Shown here piece by piece: positions 11,964 to 25,200 of a stretch of 64,000 nt of DNA (position 1 is the stretch's first letter; every line of letters begins with the position of its first letter). The position numbers and the translations under genes are program-made. The DNA is from Chrysemys picta bellii (lineage: Eukaryota), in contig NC_088793.1 in assembly GCF_011386835.1 (NCBI RefSeq), positions 128,464,001 to 128,528,000 on the forward strand, given 5' to 3'. The notes under the pieces are model-generated. The model had not been told where the DNA came from, did no database searches, and was given only the letters and a program-made list of their open reading frames with translations.

Positions 11964-12930
11964 TCATAGAATCATAGGACTGGAAGAGACCTCAAGAAGT
12001 CATCTGTGCCAGTCCCCTACACTCATGGCAGGACTATGTATTATTTCTAGACCATCCCTGACAGGTGTTTGTCTAACCTGCTCTTTAAAATCTCCAATGA
12101 TGGAGATTCCACAACCTCTCTGGGCAATTTATTCCAGTACTTAACCACACTGAGAGGAAGTTTTTCCTAATGTCCAATATAAACTGCCATTGCTGCCGTT
12201 TAAGCCCCTTGCTTAAAGAGGCTAAGGAGAACAATTTTTCTCCCTCCTCTTTGTAACAACCTTTTATGTATTTGAAAACTGTTGTCATGACCCCTCTTGT
12301 TCTCTCTTCTCTAGAGTAAATGATTTTTTCAATTTTCCCTCATAGGTCATGTTTTCTAGACCTTTAATCATTGTTGTTGCTCTTCTCTGGACTTTCTTCA
12401 ATTTGTTCACATTTTTCCTAAATGTGGCCCCCAGAACTGACCACAATACTCCAATTGAGGCCAAATCAGTGTGACGTAGAGCAGAAGAATTACTGCTTGT
12501 GTCTTGCTACAACACTCCTGCTAATACACCCCAGAATATTTGGGGTTTTTTGCAACAGTGTTACACTGTTGACTCATATTTAGTTTGTGATCCACTATGA
12601 CCCCCAGATCCTTTTCTGCAGTACTGTACTCCTTTCTAGGCAGTCATTTCCCATTTTGTGTGTGTGCAACTGATTGTTCCTTCCTAAGTGTAGTACTTTG
12701 TATTTGTCCTTATTGAAGTTCATCCTATTTACTTCAGACCATTTCTCCAGATCATTTTGAATTTTATTCCTATCCTCCAAAGCACTTACAATCCCTCCCA
12801 GCTTGGTGTCATCCACAAACTTTAAAAGTGTACCCTCTCTGCCATCATCTAAATCATCAGTGAAGATATTGAACAGAATCAAACCCAGAACTGATCTCTG
12901 CGGACCCCACTCAATATGCCCTCCAGATTG
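11964..12930 (-). mobile_element. CR1 LINE 3' fragment, degraded
   Basis: TCATAGAATCATAG tail. RT C-terminal peptides (LFNIFTDDLD..KFVDDTKLGG; FKYIKGCYKEEGEKLFS) with frameshifts. Confidence 0.9.
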
Positions 12931-13995
12931 ACTGTTTAATTATAAATGTTTAATTTTAGAAAGCTAGGTGAAATTTGTACAAAAACTTTGATTGAAATCT
13001 CTTGAAGACAGGGACTCTCCTGTATGAGTGGAAAGCACCTAATCCATTTTGGGTACTACTATAATGCAAATAACTGCTTACATTAATATTCAATTATAAC
13101 TGTTGTAGTTTTTTATGAAGGCGATAAAGTCTAAATCAAGAGTGGTGACAAACATTTTGGGCTGAAATATGACACTTGGTAGATTTAGAATAGTTAATTT
13201 TAAATGCAAAAAAAAATTGATATGGTCAACTTTATATTCTGAAACCAGGCATGGTACTTTGAACTGAAATGTTGCCTCTTTGTACGTGGCCTTTTCACAT
13301 TCAATATGACAATTTGTTATGAGAAACATACCCTTGAATTTCACTTATGTACACCAACTTAGCTGTTACATTAGCAGTTTTTACACTTATTTGAATAGCT
13401 CCATGATTTCTTTAACTAACTATTTATATGTTTTGATAGAGCCACTAACTTGTTTACTTATATATGTAATCAATCATAATTCTCAATATGCAGGGGTCCC
13501 TGTATATATTTCTATATGCAAATCCAGATCTGTACCTCAGTATGCTACTAAAACTAGATGGAAAAACCAAATGACACATGCCCCAAACTATTCTAATACA
13601 AACTAAGTTAAGCTTCTTCAAACACAAAGGCCTTAATTGAATACTTTTTCCAAACCATAAAATCACTACTGTAGCTTATCCTTTTTTGACAAAAGGTCTA
13701 ATTCCACCCACCTACATGTTAAGTTTATTAATTTGAAATAAGATATTCACCCAATACTATAAGTTCACATCAGCAAGCTAATGTGTTTGCTGAGCACTTG
13801 ATACTTAAAACTGTTTATGCTTTATCTAGTTAAGCAAATCAAGTATATTAAACCTCACATTTACATTTTTGATAATAGTTATTGGTCCCATATAAGATAT
13901 CAAAGAATACACTTCACTTAAGTTAATTTTATAAAGATTTGGGTACTTTAAAGAAAGGAATTTAAGAGATCTTTTCCAAGAGTGGACCACATTGA

Positions 13996-14634
<639 letters not shown>

Positions 14635-16209
14635 AATAATCAACTGGACATACACTGGACTAGAGTGCACTTATAGCCTGTGACATTGAACATGAATGGC
14701 TTGCTGTGAGCATTGGTACTCTTTTTTGTAAAGTTACCTGAAGAGGTATTCGGGTTACTTTTTCTATGCTGAAGAGGGGAAAAGCAAAGCCATATTTAAT
14801 TTTGTATTGAAGCCCCCTTCCCACCTTCCAGAAGTAAAATGAGCAGAAAGCACAGTATTTGTATAGTTTTCTTTATAAATCAGGGTTAAAGTGAATGTAC
14901 AATAAAGGGAATCTTATTAAAATGTATCAGTTTGAACAGGTGCATAAGAAAATGGACCTTGATAATTCACTGTATTTTCTATTAAAGTGACACTTAATTT
15001 CATACAAAGAAAAAGTTGTAAAATCTGAAAGGTGCAGTTTTAACAACCCCGTCCAATTTAAAATAAAGAACTAATTTTCTAATCTCTTTGCACTGTGAAC
15101 AGCTCTTTAGCAAGTGGCACTTTAAAATGCTGGCAACTATTGGAACTTGAAAGTAGTGTAACAAAGACCAGGAAATATCAAGGTCAAGATTTAAGGTGAA
15201 CAGTGATTTTAGGTGCCTAGTTAGATCCAATTTAAAGGAGCCTGACTTTTCAAAGTATAGGTGCTCAGTGCTTTCTCAATCTGCTCTCTAAGGTATCAAG
15301 TTGCGCATTTAAACTGAAGCACCCAAAATCACTTAATCACTTTTTAATATCATGACCTGAATCAAGTTTGCCATCTTCTTTATTATCTCTGCAGGTAGAG
15401 GCTGATCTTTCTAGTCAGGGAAAGAATTATAATGAATCAGTTATTCAGCTATTTTTGTATCTGTAAATAGATATAAGCAATATTGTCACTGCTCATTAAA
15501 AGCAACTCAGCCTGCATTATCATAAGCAGGAAAAGGTTTTTCTCCATATATGTACCCCTTTTCTTAAGTGTAACCACAATTTTAGTGCCACTTCCACAGT
15601 ATCATCTGTTCTTTATGGTTGTTGGTGCATCTTTATGAAAATTAGATGCATTTAACTCTTGGAGTGCACGCTATTTTCAGTTATAGGGACTTAAAGTAGT
15701 TCATAATAAAGGAGACTGGATTTTCTGGCAATGCATTGAAACTTTTAGATATTATTCCTACAAGCTTCAAAGTCATGGCGTTTTTAAATTAAAGCAACAC
15801 TGATTATTTAAAAGTAATTGAATGCTTTGCTTTGATTGAATCATGGGGAATAAAACTGAGTGCTATGCAAATATCTAAACTTTTGTGTAGCTTTCTCTCC
15901 ATGTAGAAGTTATTGCTATAGAACATTGGCATTTACAAGTGTGTTGCTATAAACTACCTCTTTGAGAGGACTTTCTGAAAGTTTTCCCTCTTGAATGGAA
16001 ATTTGAGTTGTCAATCTAAACTGCTATGACAGAATACATGCTCAATTACTGCCATCATAGGAAAACCCATAGTCAAAATTATAAAAATTTTATTTGGTAA
16101 AAGATGCTTAAGTGGTTTTGTTCCATATACAGAGTGGTTGGTTAAATAGCACCAAATTTATCACTTCAATTTGTGCAGTTAATCGTATTGGAAGGTAAAC
16201 ATTATTCCT

Positions 16210-16295
16210 TTAGCCCTCTTTGCTGTTTTTCCCCCTTCTTCCTCCTCTTCTAGGTGTGGGGGGGTCTTTTTGACAACAGTCACAAATCCAGCGAC
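16210..16295 (-). CDS. PHF10: PHF10 exon 12 ([27 protein letters not shown])
   Basis: Acceptor CTTAG|GT, stop TAA; minus-strand AATAAA at 16089-16094. Confidence 0.95.
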
Positions 16296-19200
16296 CTAAG
16301 AAAGAAAAAAGTTGACATTAGTTAATATTTTTATTAACTGTAGAACCCATGACTAGTTTACAAGATGAGTAAATACTTTTATTTTTGCACTACCTGTGCT
16401 GGTAACATGCAAAATATAAACCAATGTCTAGAAGTTTATATTTCTTCCTTTAAATTTGAAGACAATGCAAGTACATAGAGTAATAATACTGAGCAGAAAC
16501 AGGTGGTGGTATATACATTCCCACATACTCACTGTATCTCAAACTGGCCTGTGATCACATGACTGGGCTTCACAACAATTAAGAAGGTCCAATGCTACTG
16601 TAGGATGGTTTTGAGATAAGAATAAACACTACCCATACTTCACTTCTGACTCAAGTAAAATTGAGTGCATTAGATCAAAGCATTTTAATTTGTTGACTGA
16701 CTGACTACTTTAGAGGAATATCAACTGCTTCTACTTATGTTCTACCTTTAATATGGCTCAGTTAGTGTAGATCCTAGTGTAAATCAATCACAGAACTTGA
16801 ATGGAAGAGAGGTCAGCAGCAATGGAACAACTGTCAACTCTACTGCAGCTCACAACATTTTCAAGACTTGAGTATCGGTGTTACAGCAATGCTAGCACTG
16901 CAGAACTTACTAGGTACATGCATCAATACAGTAGCTGTATTTTGCGACATGGATTTAGTCTTACACAATCGGACTGACTACTCCTGTCAATGATCTAGTT
17001 CTTTAATTCTGATTCTACACTGCCTTACACCTTGTGCAGTCATTTACAAGGGAGCAAAATAAGTGAAAAATGCTACTAAATCAGTATCTTTTATATTAAT
17101 GTAAAATAGGTATAAATGACTGCACATAGTGCAAAGCACCAGCTTTGTTTTAGTTTCAAGTTTAAGCATGTTACTGGGTTTATTTAGTTGAACATGCAAG
17201 TTGTGATGTAAAAAAAGGGGTCAAGTGTATTTACACAGATGGAGTGGAGCACACACTTTTTTCTTCTACTTTAATAAAGCAGTTGTACTGTTAAAGCTTC
17301 TAAAACAATGCAAAGGTTATACTCTATCAATAGGGAGAAATGTTGGTAAAGTTTATACATCCTTCATTTATGGATGGAGGTAGCTATTCAATATCTTGTG
17401 GGAATCCTGAAAAAGTGCGGTTCTGAGCCATAGCTCTACTTGAGTTTTGACAGGAACAGTTATAGGGTTGTAAAACGGTGAAGCTGCCAATCCTATACTC
17501 TGTACATTACTAAAATATACAGAAATTTTAAAAAAAACCCTCATTTCTGCTGTTTTGGATAATTCAATGAATGCCATCTTACACTGTAGATGCTACTTAA
17601 TGTTTACAGTCAACTAATTCATACACCCCTATGGAAGTATAATCTTGTAACAGTAGAAAACACCAGCCCTTAAAGACTAATTTCTGTTTCATTACCTGAA
17701 GGGATAGCACCAAGCCCCACACAAAAGGTATGATAACCTCGGTCACACACATCACAGAACATCATTTCTTCTTCATGGTGAGGCTGCCCACATATAATGC
17801 ATGTTTTACACTCCATACACTGCCAAGGGTAGGTCTTAATCATAGCAACAAGCTCCATGGTCATATCAAGACAAGAAGGGTGGCCTAGATTAAAACCAAT
17901 ATTATTAATAGCACCTTTAGAAATGAAGTTGTAAAATAATTAGTATAACTTAATAGCTATTCTACAAAAATCAAGTTTAGCTCACCTAAGAGACTCAGTG
18001 CAGTGAATGTGTTCTAGTACATACTTAAGTACAATTAAGGAAATTTTAAAGGGAAAAAGTCAGTTTCTAGGAAGACTGAAATGTTTGTATGCAAATTTAG
18101 TATTATACAAAATATTTCCACTGAACGTAGTAAGACGTGGCAATTAAAACTCCCAGCATTCCAGTTAAAGTGTATATAGATACTTACCACTGTTGTCACA
18201 TTGGGAGCAGTGTATAAGTGCTTCAGTCTTTCCTTTCTTGTTGGACTCCTTACCCTTCAGACAAATTCCACATATAGCATTTGGAGTGACCTTTGGCTGG
18301 AAGGGTAGAAGAGGGCTATAAATTCATCCCAGAAGAATTTATAATGGATTTAACAGGAAATTTGTTAAGGTATCTCCATTTTAACTTTTGTAAATTACTA
18401 ATGAACTTTTTGTTATCATGTGATTGAAGTGAATCTTAAGACATAAGGTGATATTGACATAACGTGACATTGACAAATACTGGTTATTTTAAAATCTTAG
18501 GAAAGATGCATACAAATTTGATATTTAGAGCATGTGCAGTGAGCTATATGTAAATCATTTTACAAAAAATGAAACCAGAACAAAAGTGTATGCTAGATCC
18601 TCCTGCAAGCTTGTCAGCTAGCACTTCCCTTAATAGTGAATACAAATAATTTACACTATATTGTAACTTTAAAGCTAAATCAAATTTGTTCAAATATAGA
18701 AGGAATAGGAGAATATATTTATATGAATCTCCAAATTCACAAGCTTCCATGTACACAAGAGAACATAAATATCCTTTAAGAAATGCAAAATTACTTAACT
18801 CATCTGAATGGAAGCTTAAAATGAATACCATAAAATAAGATACAATTTAATACACTTAATTTGTATGGTTTAAGCTTCCAAAATGTCTAATAGACAAGTT
18901 AGTTGTGTTGCTTTAATCAGTTTTACTGTTCCTTTCTTCTATATCTAAAGTCATGATTGCTGTTGCTATAGAAAACACTACAATTCTACACTTACAACAC
19001 TGCTAGGAGAAAGTGAACTGAGAAAGAAAGGAACTGAGTGTTCATAACATCTATTTAAGGCAAAGAAATCCCAGGTGCTTAAATTGGCTGTGCAGTTCCC
19101 AGTATTTGTGTAGTAATTTTATGACCAAACCCAAAAGATAAGCTAGTAGTAGCTTTGCTTAGAGGAAAAGAAAACATATAATTAAGGTATCAAATTGTTT

Positions 19201-22200
19201 ATCAAAGGGCCATTCAAATAGCTTTAATGTCAGACTTCAACCTACTGCATCTTAATGAAGGTTTGGATTCAAATACAACACTTACTGATGTTGAATCCAC
19301 TACTGCCAGAGATTTTTAAAAATCTGTCTCAGTGATATTTTAGTTCTGTTGTACAGAAGCAGCCATCTAGTCAATGGAGGAATTTTGAATTAAAAGCCTA
19401 CTCCCTAAGGAACTGTGTGATTGCTGACAAATAGTTACAATGGGACTTGCTCCATTTAAAAACAAAAACAAAAAAAAACTTGCCAAATGAAAGAATAAAA
19501 GTGGTAGAGTATTTTCAACCTAAGATGGTATTAATAAAAATGGCAGTGAACATAAAACTATTAAAAAGAAAAAAGTATTCAATACTGCCCCTTTTAAAAC
19601 AAAATGTTATTTACCAGCCAGCTCTTTTCTAACATTTAGCAAGATAATTAATGTCTTCAGCAATTCTTAATCTGTCAGAATTCATTGCCCTACTTCGAAA
19701 ATGTTTGAAGTTACTAAACCCCATTTATGGCTATAGTCTGCTTAACTTGTCTGGCCTGAGGAGATTTAAATAAAACAAAACCCATCGGATGTTTATATAT
19801 AACTTCCTTTTCAAAAGATGACAGAGGCATTCATAAAGACTTTTTTTGCTTATTTATTTTAAAAAAGCATAGTCAAACCTGTTTTATACATAAATATAGT
19901 AAAACTGTAAAAGAAGTCTAACATTCACAAATGTCTCTACAAAATAAATATCATGGAAGTGAAAGCATACATAGAAAATTCTTACCGGTAACTATTCTAT
20001 GTCTCCTACATATATACCTTGTATACCCTGCTCCTCCCAACAAAAGGATAGTGGCACATACTTAAACCTCAGTCTTGCTGTGTTTATTTACCCTCTTGTT
20101 GCTTACTGCTACATTCTAAGAGTAAGGTTTTTGTTGTGTTCTTTTACTATAGCTAAGTAAAACAAACCTCTCTAAAATAGCAAGTGCACTTCTCTAATCC
20201 AAATTCTATTTCAGCTATTAATTATTCATACTATACTGCCATAATATACAGCAGCAAACTCCCTCTCACTCCACTGAAACTAAAGTGAACTAACTTTCAG
20301 TTACTGTACCTGTGTTAGTGTATGTGTAGTTAATACTTTGATACATATAATTATAAAATTAGACACTGACTTATGTGTATTTATTAATACTTCCCTCTAC
20401 TTCCACTCCACTAACTTGTGTTCACTAGAAACAGTGAAATAATCACAGCATATTAAAAACAGAGAGCCCCAAGGTATGGAAGCACTCTAGGTTTTTGTTT
20501 TTTTTTAAAAGAAAAAACAAAAAACAAAACACAAGGTATTCACATTTCAAAGCAATTCAAGTTCTACCATCCTAAAGAAATTAAATGGCTTTTAGGGAAC
20601 ACTATGAAAATATCTGTCTATCCTGTATGGGAAATCATAATATCCCATCTGACCATTTTACTTTCCAAATCACCTTCATCTTATTTTGAAGGAGAGTGAG
20701 GCAGAGGGACTCCTTTGTAACTAACTTCCATGCTGCTGTGCTGCAGCTCAGAGTCTCAAATCAAGCATTGCAACCACTCAGACAAGCATGAGTTTTCTCT
20801 GAGGTCCTACTGCCTGTGAGCAAGGCATTTAATTTTCATATATAATGAACCCAAAGCAAAATGTTTTGGATACCTTGTATCTCAACACATGGCAGATTTA
20901 TTATGTGCAAAAACCTCCTGAACTATGAGAACAGAACCCTGTGTGTGCAACTGTAGTAGCCAGTCCTGCATCAATTGCAGCAACATCCAAGACACACTAC
21001 ACTTTGTGATGTAACGAAATGTAAAACATGCGAACCATAATATATCAATTAAAAGGCTGACACTTAATAAAAATGGCTTCATACAAAATACACCAGTTTT
21101 CCTGCTTTAAAAAAGTAAATATGAGAATTCCATTGTATCATTTATACTGTATTGACTATAGCTATTCACTTATATATGTTGATGTTACAGCAATTATCCT
21201 TCAATTTTAATTAAATGTAACCTAAAGATTATCCTATAAAATGTGGACAAACTGAATAATACAGAGGAAAAATATTACCAAAAAACCCAGAATTTAAAGG
21301 GACATTTAAGATCCTTTTATAGCCTTCAACTTAAAGTGCCTTCATATTTAGGCACGTTCTGGTGTATTAATAGCTGTTAAATCTTTTTATAGACCACTTC
21401 TAACAAGAATGTTCACATCTAATCAGTTTTAAGATATTTAATGTAATGGGGCATATTAAAAATGTTCTAAAATTCCCATTTTAAAAAATGCACAGCTGTG
21501 CCACCTCTGAGGTATCAACAGCCTGACACATCACCTTTGAGTAATGCTAGGTATTGTGAAGACGTGCCATACAAATATTTTGGCACTGTAAGTTATCAAG
21601 TTAGCTTGCACTAATTGCTTTGTTACTAACATAACTGGTAGTTTTAAACTAATGGGTAATAGCCATTTGGGTCCATTTTCAAACTGCAGTACTGCATTAC
21701 TTGTACAGCTCTACATTTAGGAGTTCAGAACCTTAGAAATGGTTCTGTTTCATTAGTTCTCTCTATGTATTCAAAAGGCCACTAGACAGAGCAGACTAAC
21801 CAAACAGACACTGTACTTTGTGGTCTTCATACCTAAATGAAGCTCCTTTTTCTGTCAGACCAGTCGCATACCATCTCTAATATAAAGTTAAACAAAGCTA
21901 ACACTTTTTCAAGCTTCATCTTTGGATTTCATATTCTTGAAAATATTGGCATGAGTGTGGGTCTGTAATAAGCAATTCGCAAAGTTACATATATAAAAAG
22001 ATATGTATATTACACAGTTCAAATATCCATAATTTGCATCTATCTTAAGCAACTCCTCAAAAGAGGAGAGATGGCTGAAGCTTGACAGTTGTTATAAACT
22101 GCAAAAAATATGTATTGTGCAATTATAGAATCTACAGAAACCTTTTCCAATCAACTGACGCTGTCCAATTCTTGTTGACGACTAACATCTAAGTTTGATG

Positions 22201-25200
22201 TATAGCTTCTTTACCAACCAACAGTAAATTCAGATTGTTAGCAAACATTCCTGAATTATAAAATTCAAACCATTAACAGCCCACAATTACCTTTGCTGCT
22301 GCAAGATTTCCCAAAACATATGATCTTGACATCATTAAAAAAAAAAAAAAAAAGCAAGAATTTTTTCTAACAGCATCTTTTAGCAAACACTCCCAATCAC
22401 TATGTTTACACCCTTCCTTACTGTAGCCCACACAATGGGCCTGATCCTGCTCCCACTGAAGTCAATGGCAAACTTACTGAATTCAATGGGACCAGGATTG
22501 GACCACATGTATTTTTGAAGGTGTACAATCAAGACCCCTTTCCTGTACAAAGTTCCATAGACTAAAATTTAAATCATGCATATGAACTCCAATTTCTCTT
22601 GAAATATATTTAATCCTCATTTGACTAATGGGAAAGTGTTACATTATTAGTATTGATTATTCTATCCTGGGTTTGGTAATCACTGCTTTACAGATGTTAA
22701 AGTGCCTTATTATCGTAGCCAAATTTTAGCGTAAGAACATTCTGCCGACAGAAATTCCTCTTGTAACATGAATTAGATAAATTGTTATTCTCCATATCTG
22801 TCCTAAGTGGTTGGGTAGTGTTGCTTAAACTGTAGTTAGTTTTGCATTCCGCCCCAAAGGTGGCTGCACTTATTGGTAAGTGAAGTAAAACCTATAAATA
22901 GTCTAATACTTTGGGATCCTTCAGGATGAAAGGCCCTATTTAAGTGCATGTTATGACAATATATTCAGCCATATCGCTGCGCTTTACGCACTGGTCTCAT
23001 GGTCTGCTGCCATACTAACTACTACTAAGACAAAAACAGCGAATACTCAATGCCGGTTTTACACTGACAGGAAATTCTGACTGCTATTTTAAAGCAGTCA
23101 GGAAAATATAAAATTCTCTTTATAACAGCCATAATTTTTTTTGCTGTAATTGCCCAGAAATCAATTATGACACAGAAACAGAAGCCACTCCATAGCCAGG
23201 GTAACAGAAAAGCCCCTAGTGAAATAAAGCCAAAAAAGGAAGGAAAGAAGCAAACAGTTGAGAGCACAACAGGAGAGCAGCTAGTGAAGTACAGCAAGCA
23301 GAACTTCCATATTTTTGAAAAACAAAGTTAAATATTTCAGGGAGAGAGGCTGGTCAGTAAAGAAGCGGAGTCAGGGGCTTTTTTCTTCTACCTTGTACCC
23401 AGGAACTGATTTGGATAGTACAGAACGTTTGGAACCATCTTTTCTTGGAGTAGCACTTTTGTCTCTTGGTTTTTGTCTTCCCTGAAAAGAATCCTCCTGG
23501 TTGTCATTGGCGCATTCACCTTCAGATACATTGCCGGACGAGTTGTCCTATAATAAAAACATAACTTTTTTTTGAGAGGGAAACTAGTCTTTTCTAAGTT
23601 CCAATGACAACAAGGGTTAGTAGCTTCCTATCTACAGGAGCACAGGTGAAATTTAAATATGATATGGCCTGTTTTATTGTAACCTTTTATGCTTATATGT
23701 CTCACACAGAGGCTGGCATCACAGCACAAGGGTTCCAGTATTTTCCAGGGGATCATGATGCAAAACCAAGGGTGGAGCAGCATTTATCCTTTGTTCTAAA
23801 TTGTTTTAATTTAAGACTTGTCAAAACCAATATGCTGGATGTTCAACATCTATCAAGTCTTTCACAGATACAGGCCAGAAAAGCAGATAAATTGCCCACC
23901 ACATGTTTGAAATATGCTACCAAACTGCATGAAATGTAATAAGTGAACATTTTTCTGTCACCCTCATTTAATATTTTTACCAGGAACAACTTGATTATCA
24001 TCTTTGGATCACAGCACAGGAATGTCAAAAGCGAAAGATACCCACAGCTACATAACAGAATTTATGCAGCAGGTGTTCAAGGAGATTTATGGGGAGGGGG
24101 AACCCTCAGGGTCAGAGTCTATAAGTATTGGGTGTCATTTTTTAAAAAAAAAAGGGCAGCACAGGGTTAGGTTGGTTTTTGGGGGGAGGAGAGGAAGAGG
24201 GGGAATGGAATGGAGAGGGGCATTAATGGCCTTCAAGAGGTTCCCGCAAAAACAGCAGTAAGTATCCACCTCACTAACACTGAAGAGGGAATACCTTAGA
24301 ATTCCTTCAACATGTAGGAGGGTAGGTAACATGAGGCAGCTGTAGCTGTTGGGAAATGGAAACCATTCTGCTGTTTTGGAAGCGGGGAAATAGAGAAGAG
24401 GTAAGGCAAGAATCAGCAAATCTCTCCCTCGGAGGTACTCAACACAACTAGCTGTTCCCAAAAATAGAAGTTTCACCCCACCCGCAATGCTCTGCCTCTC
24501 TCTGTGGGGGAAATTGGGGGGTGGGGGGTGGGGGGGGGAAGACGTCTGCTGGTCACAATCTATGTCCCATTAATAATTTAGCCACATGGGAGCTGAAGAG
24601 CTGGTAGAACCACCGTCAAACCAGCTGCCTGGTCTGATTTTGTCTGCTCCTTCCAAATGCAGGCATGACCTCTCTGGCTTCTGCACTCCTGGATAGCCTT
24701 CTGAAGTACTGTGCAGAGGGAGAGGATAGTGTCTGCTCAGCCCCAGTTCCTTCTCATATTTCCCTACTGGTGGAGAGGCACCAAGACCAGAAAAAGGAAC
24801 TGAGTAGACATAGCCTGCAGTATTAAGGGAAGACTGATGCTTTTTTTTTTTTTTAAACAGAATAAGGAGCAGCAATACAGACACATTTTGCGATGAATTT
24901 TTAATATTTGTGAAATTCTTAGAGCTTACTCTAAAGACTCAAAGGGAAAAAACACATTAACAGCTACCTCTCCTTTTTCAGGCTACCAAGGCAGCCGTTT
25001 CATCCTGTTTTTTCTTTAGTTATAAAAGCTTTAATTGCAAATACTTAAACAAAATTAACATTTACATGGCTAAGTTCAATATTTTAGCTACTCCATATTT
25101 AAACATTTTCTAGTTGTTAGGCCATTATTTTATACGAGGCTCTCCTTATTGTGGTGTTACAAATATCATACTTCTGGAAGCTGGTTGCCACCAGTAATAG

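Noticed and set aside
13090-13344. 84-aa minus-strand ORF upstream of C6orf120
   Set aside because: No recognisable domain or convincing splice context.
1-13900. WDR27 coding exons
   Set aside because: No minus-strand translation resembled the WDR27 N-terminus; coding exons are presumably left of the window.
22437-22505. Short GGCCTGATCC..GAAGTCAATGG..GGATTGGACC palindromes (also ~5519, 6106, 7480, 26630, 43830) as ncRNA hairpins
   Set aside because: Recurrent, degenerate and dispersed, consistent with an old MITE-like family. No tRNA or snoRNA boxes seen.
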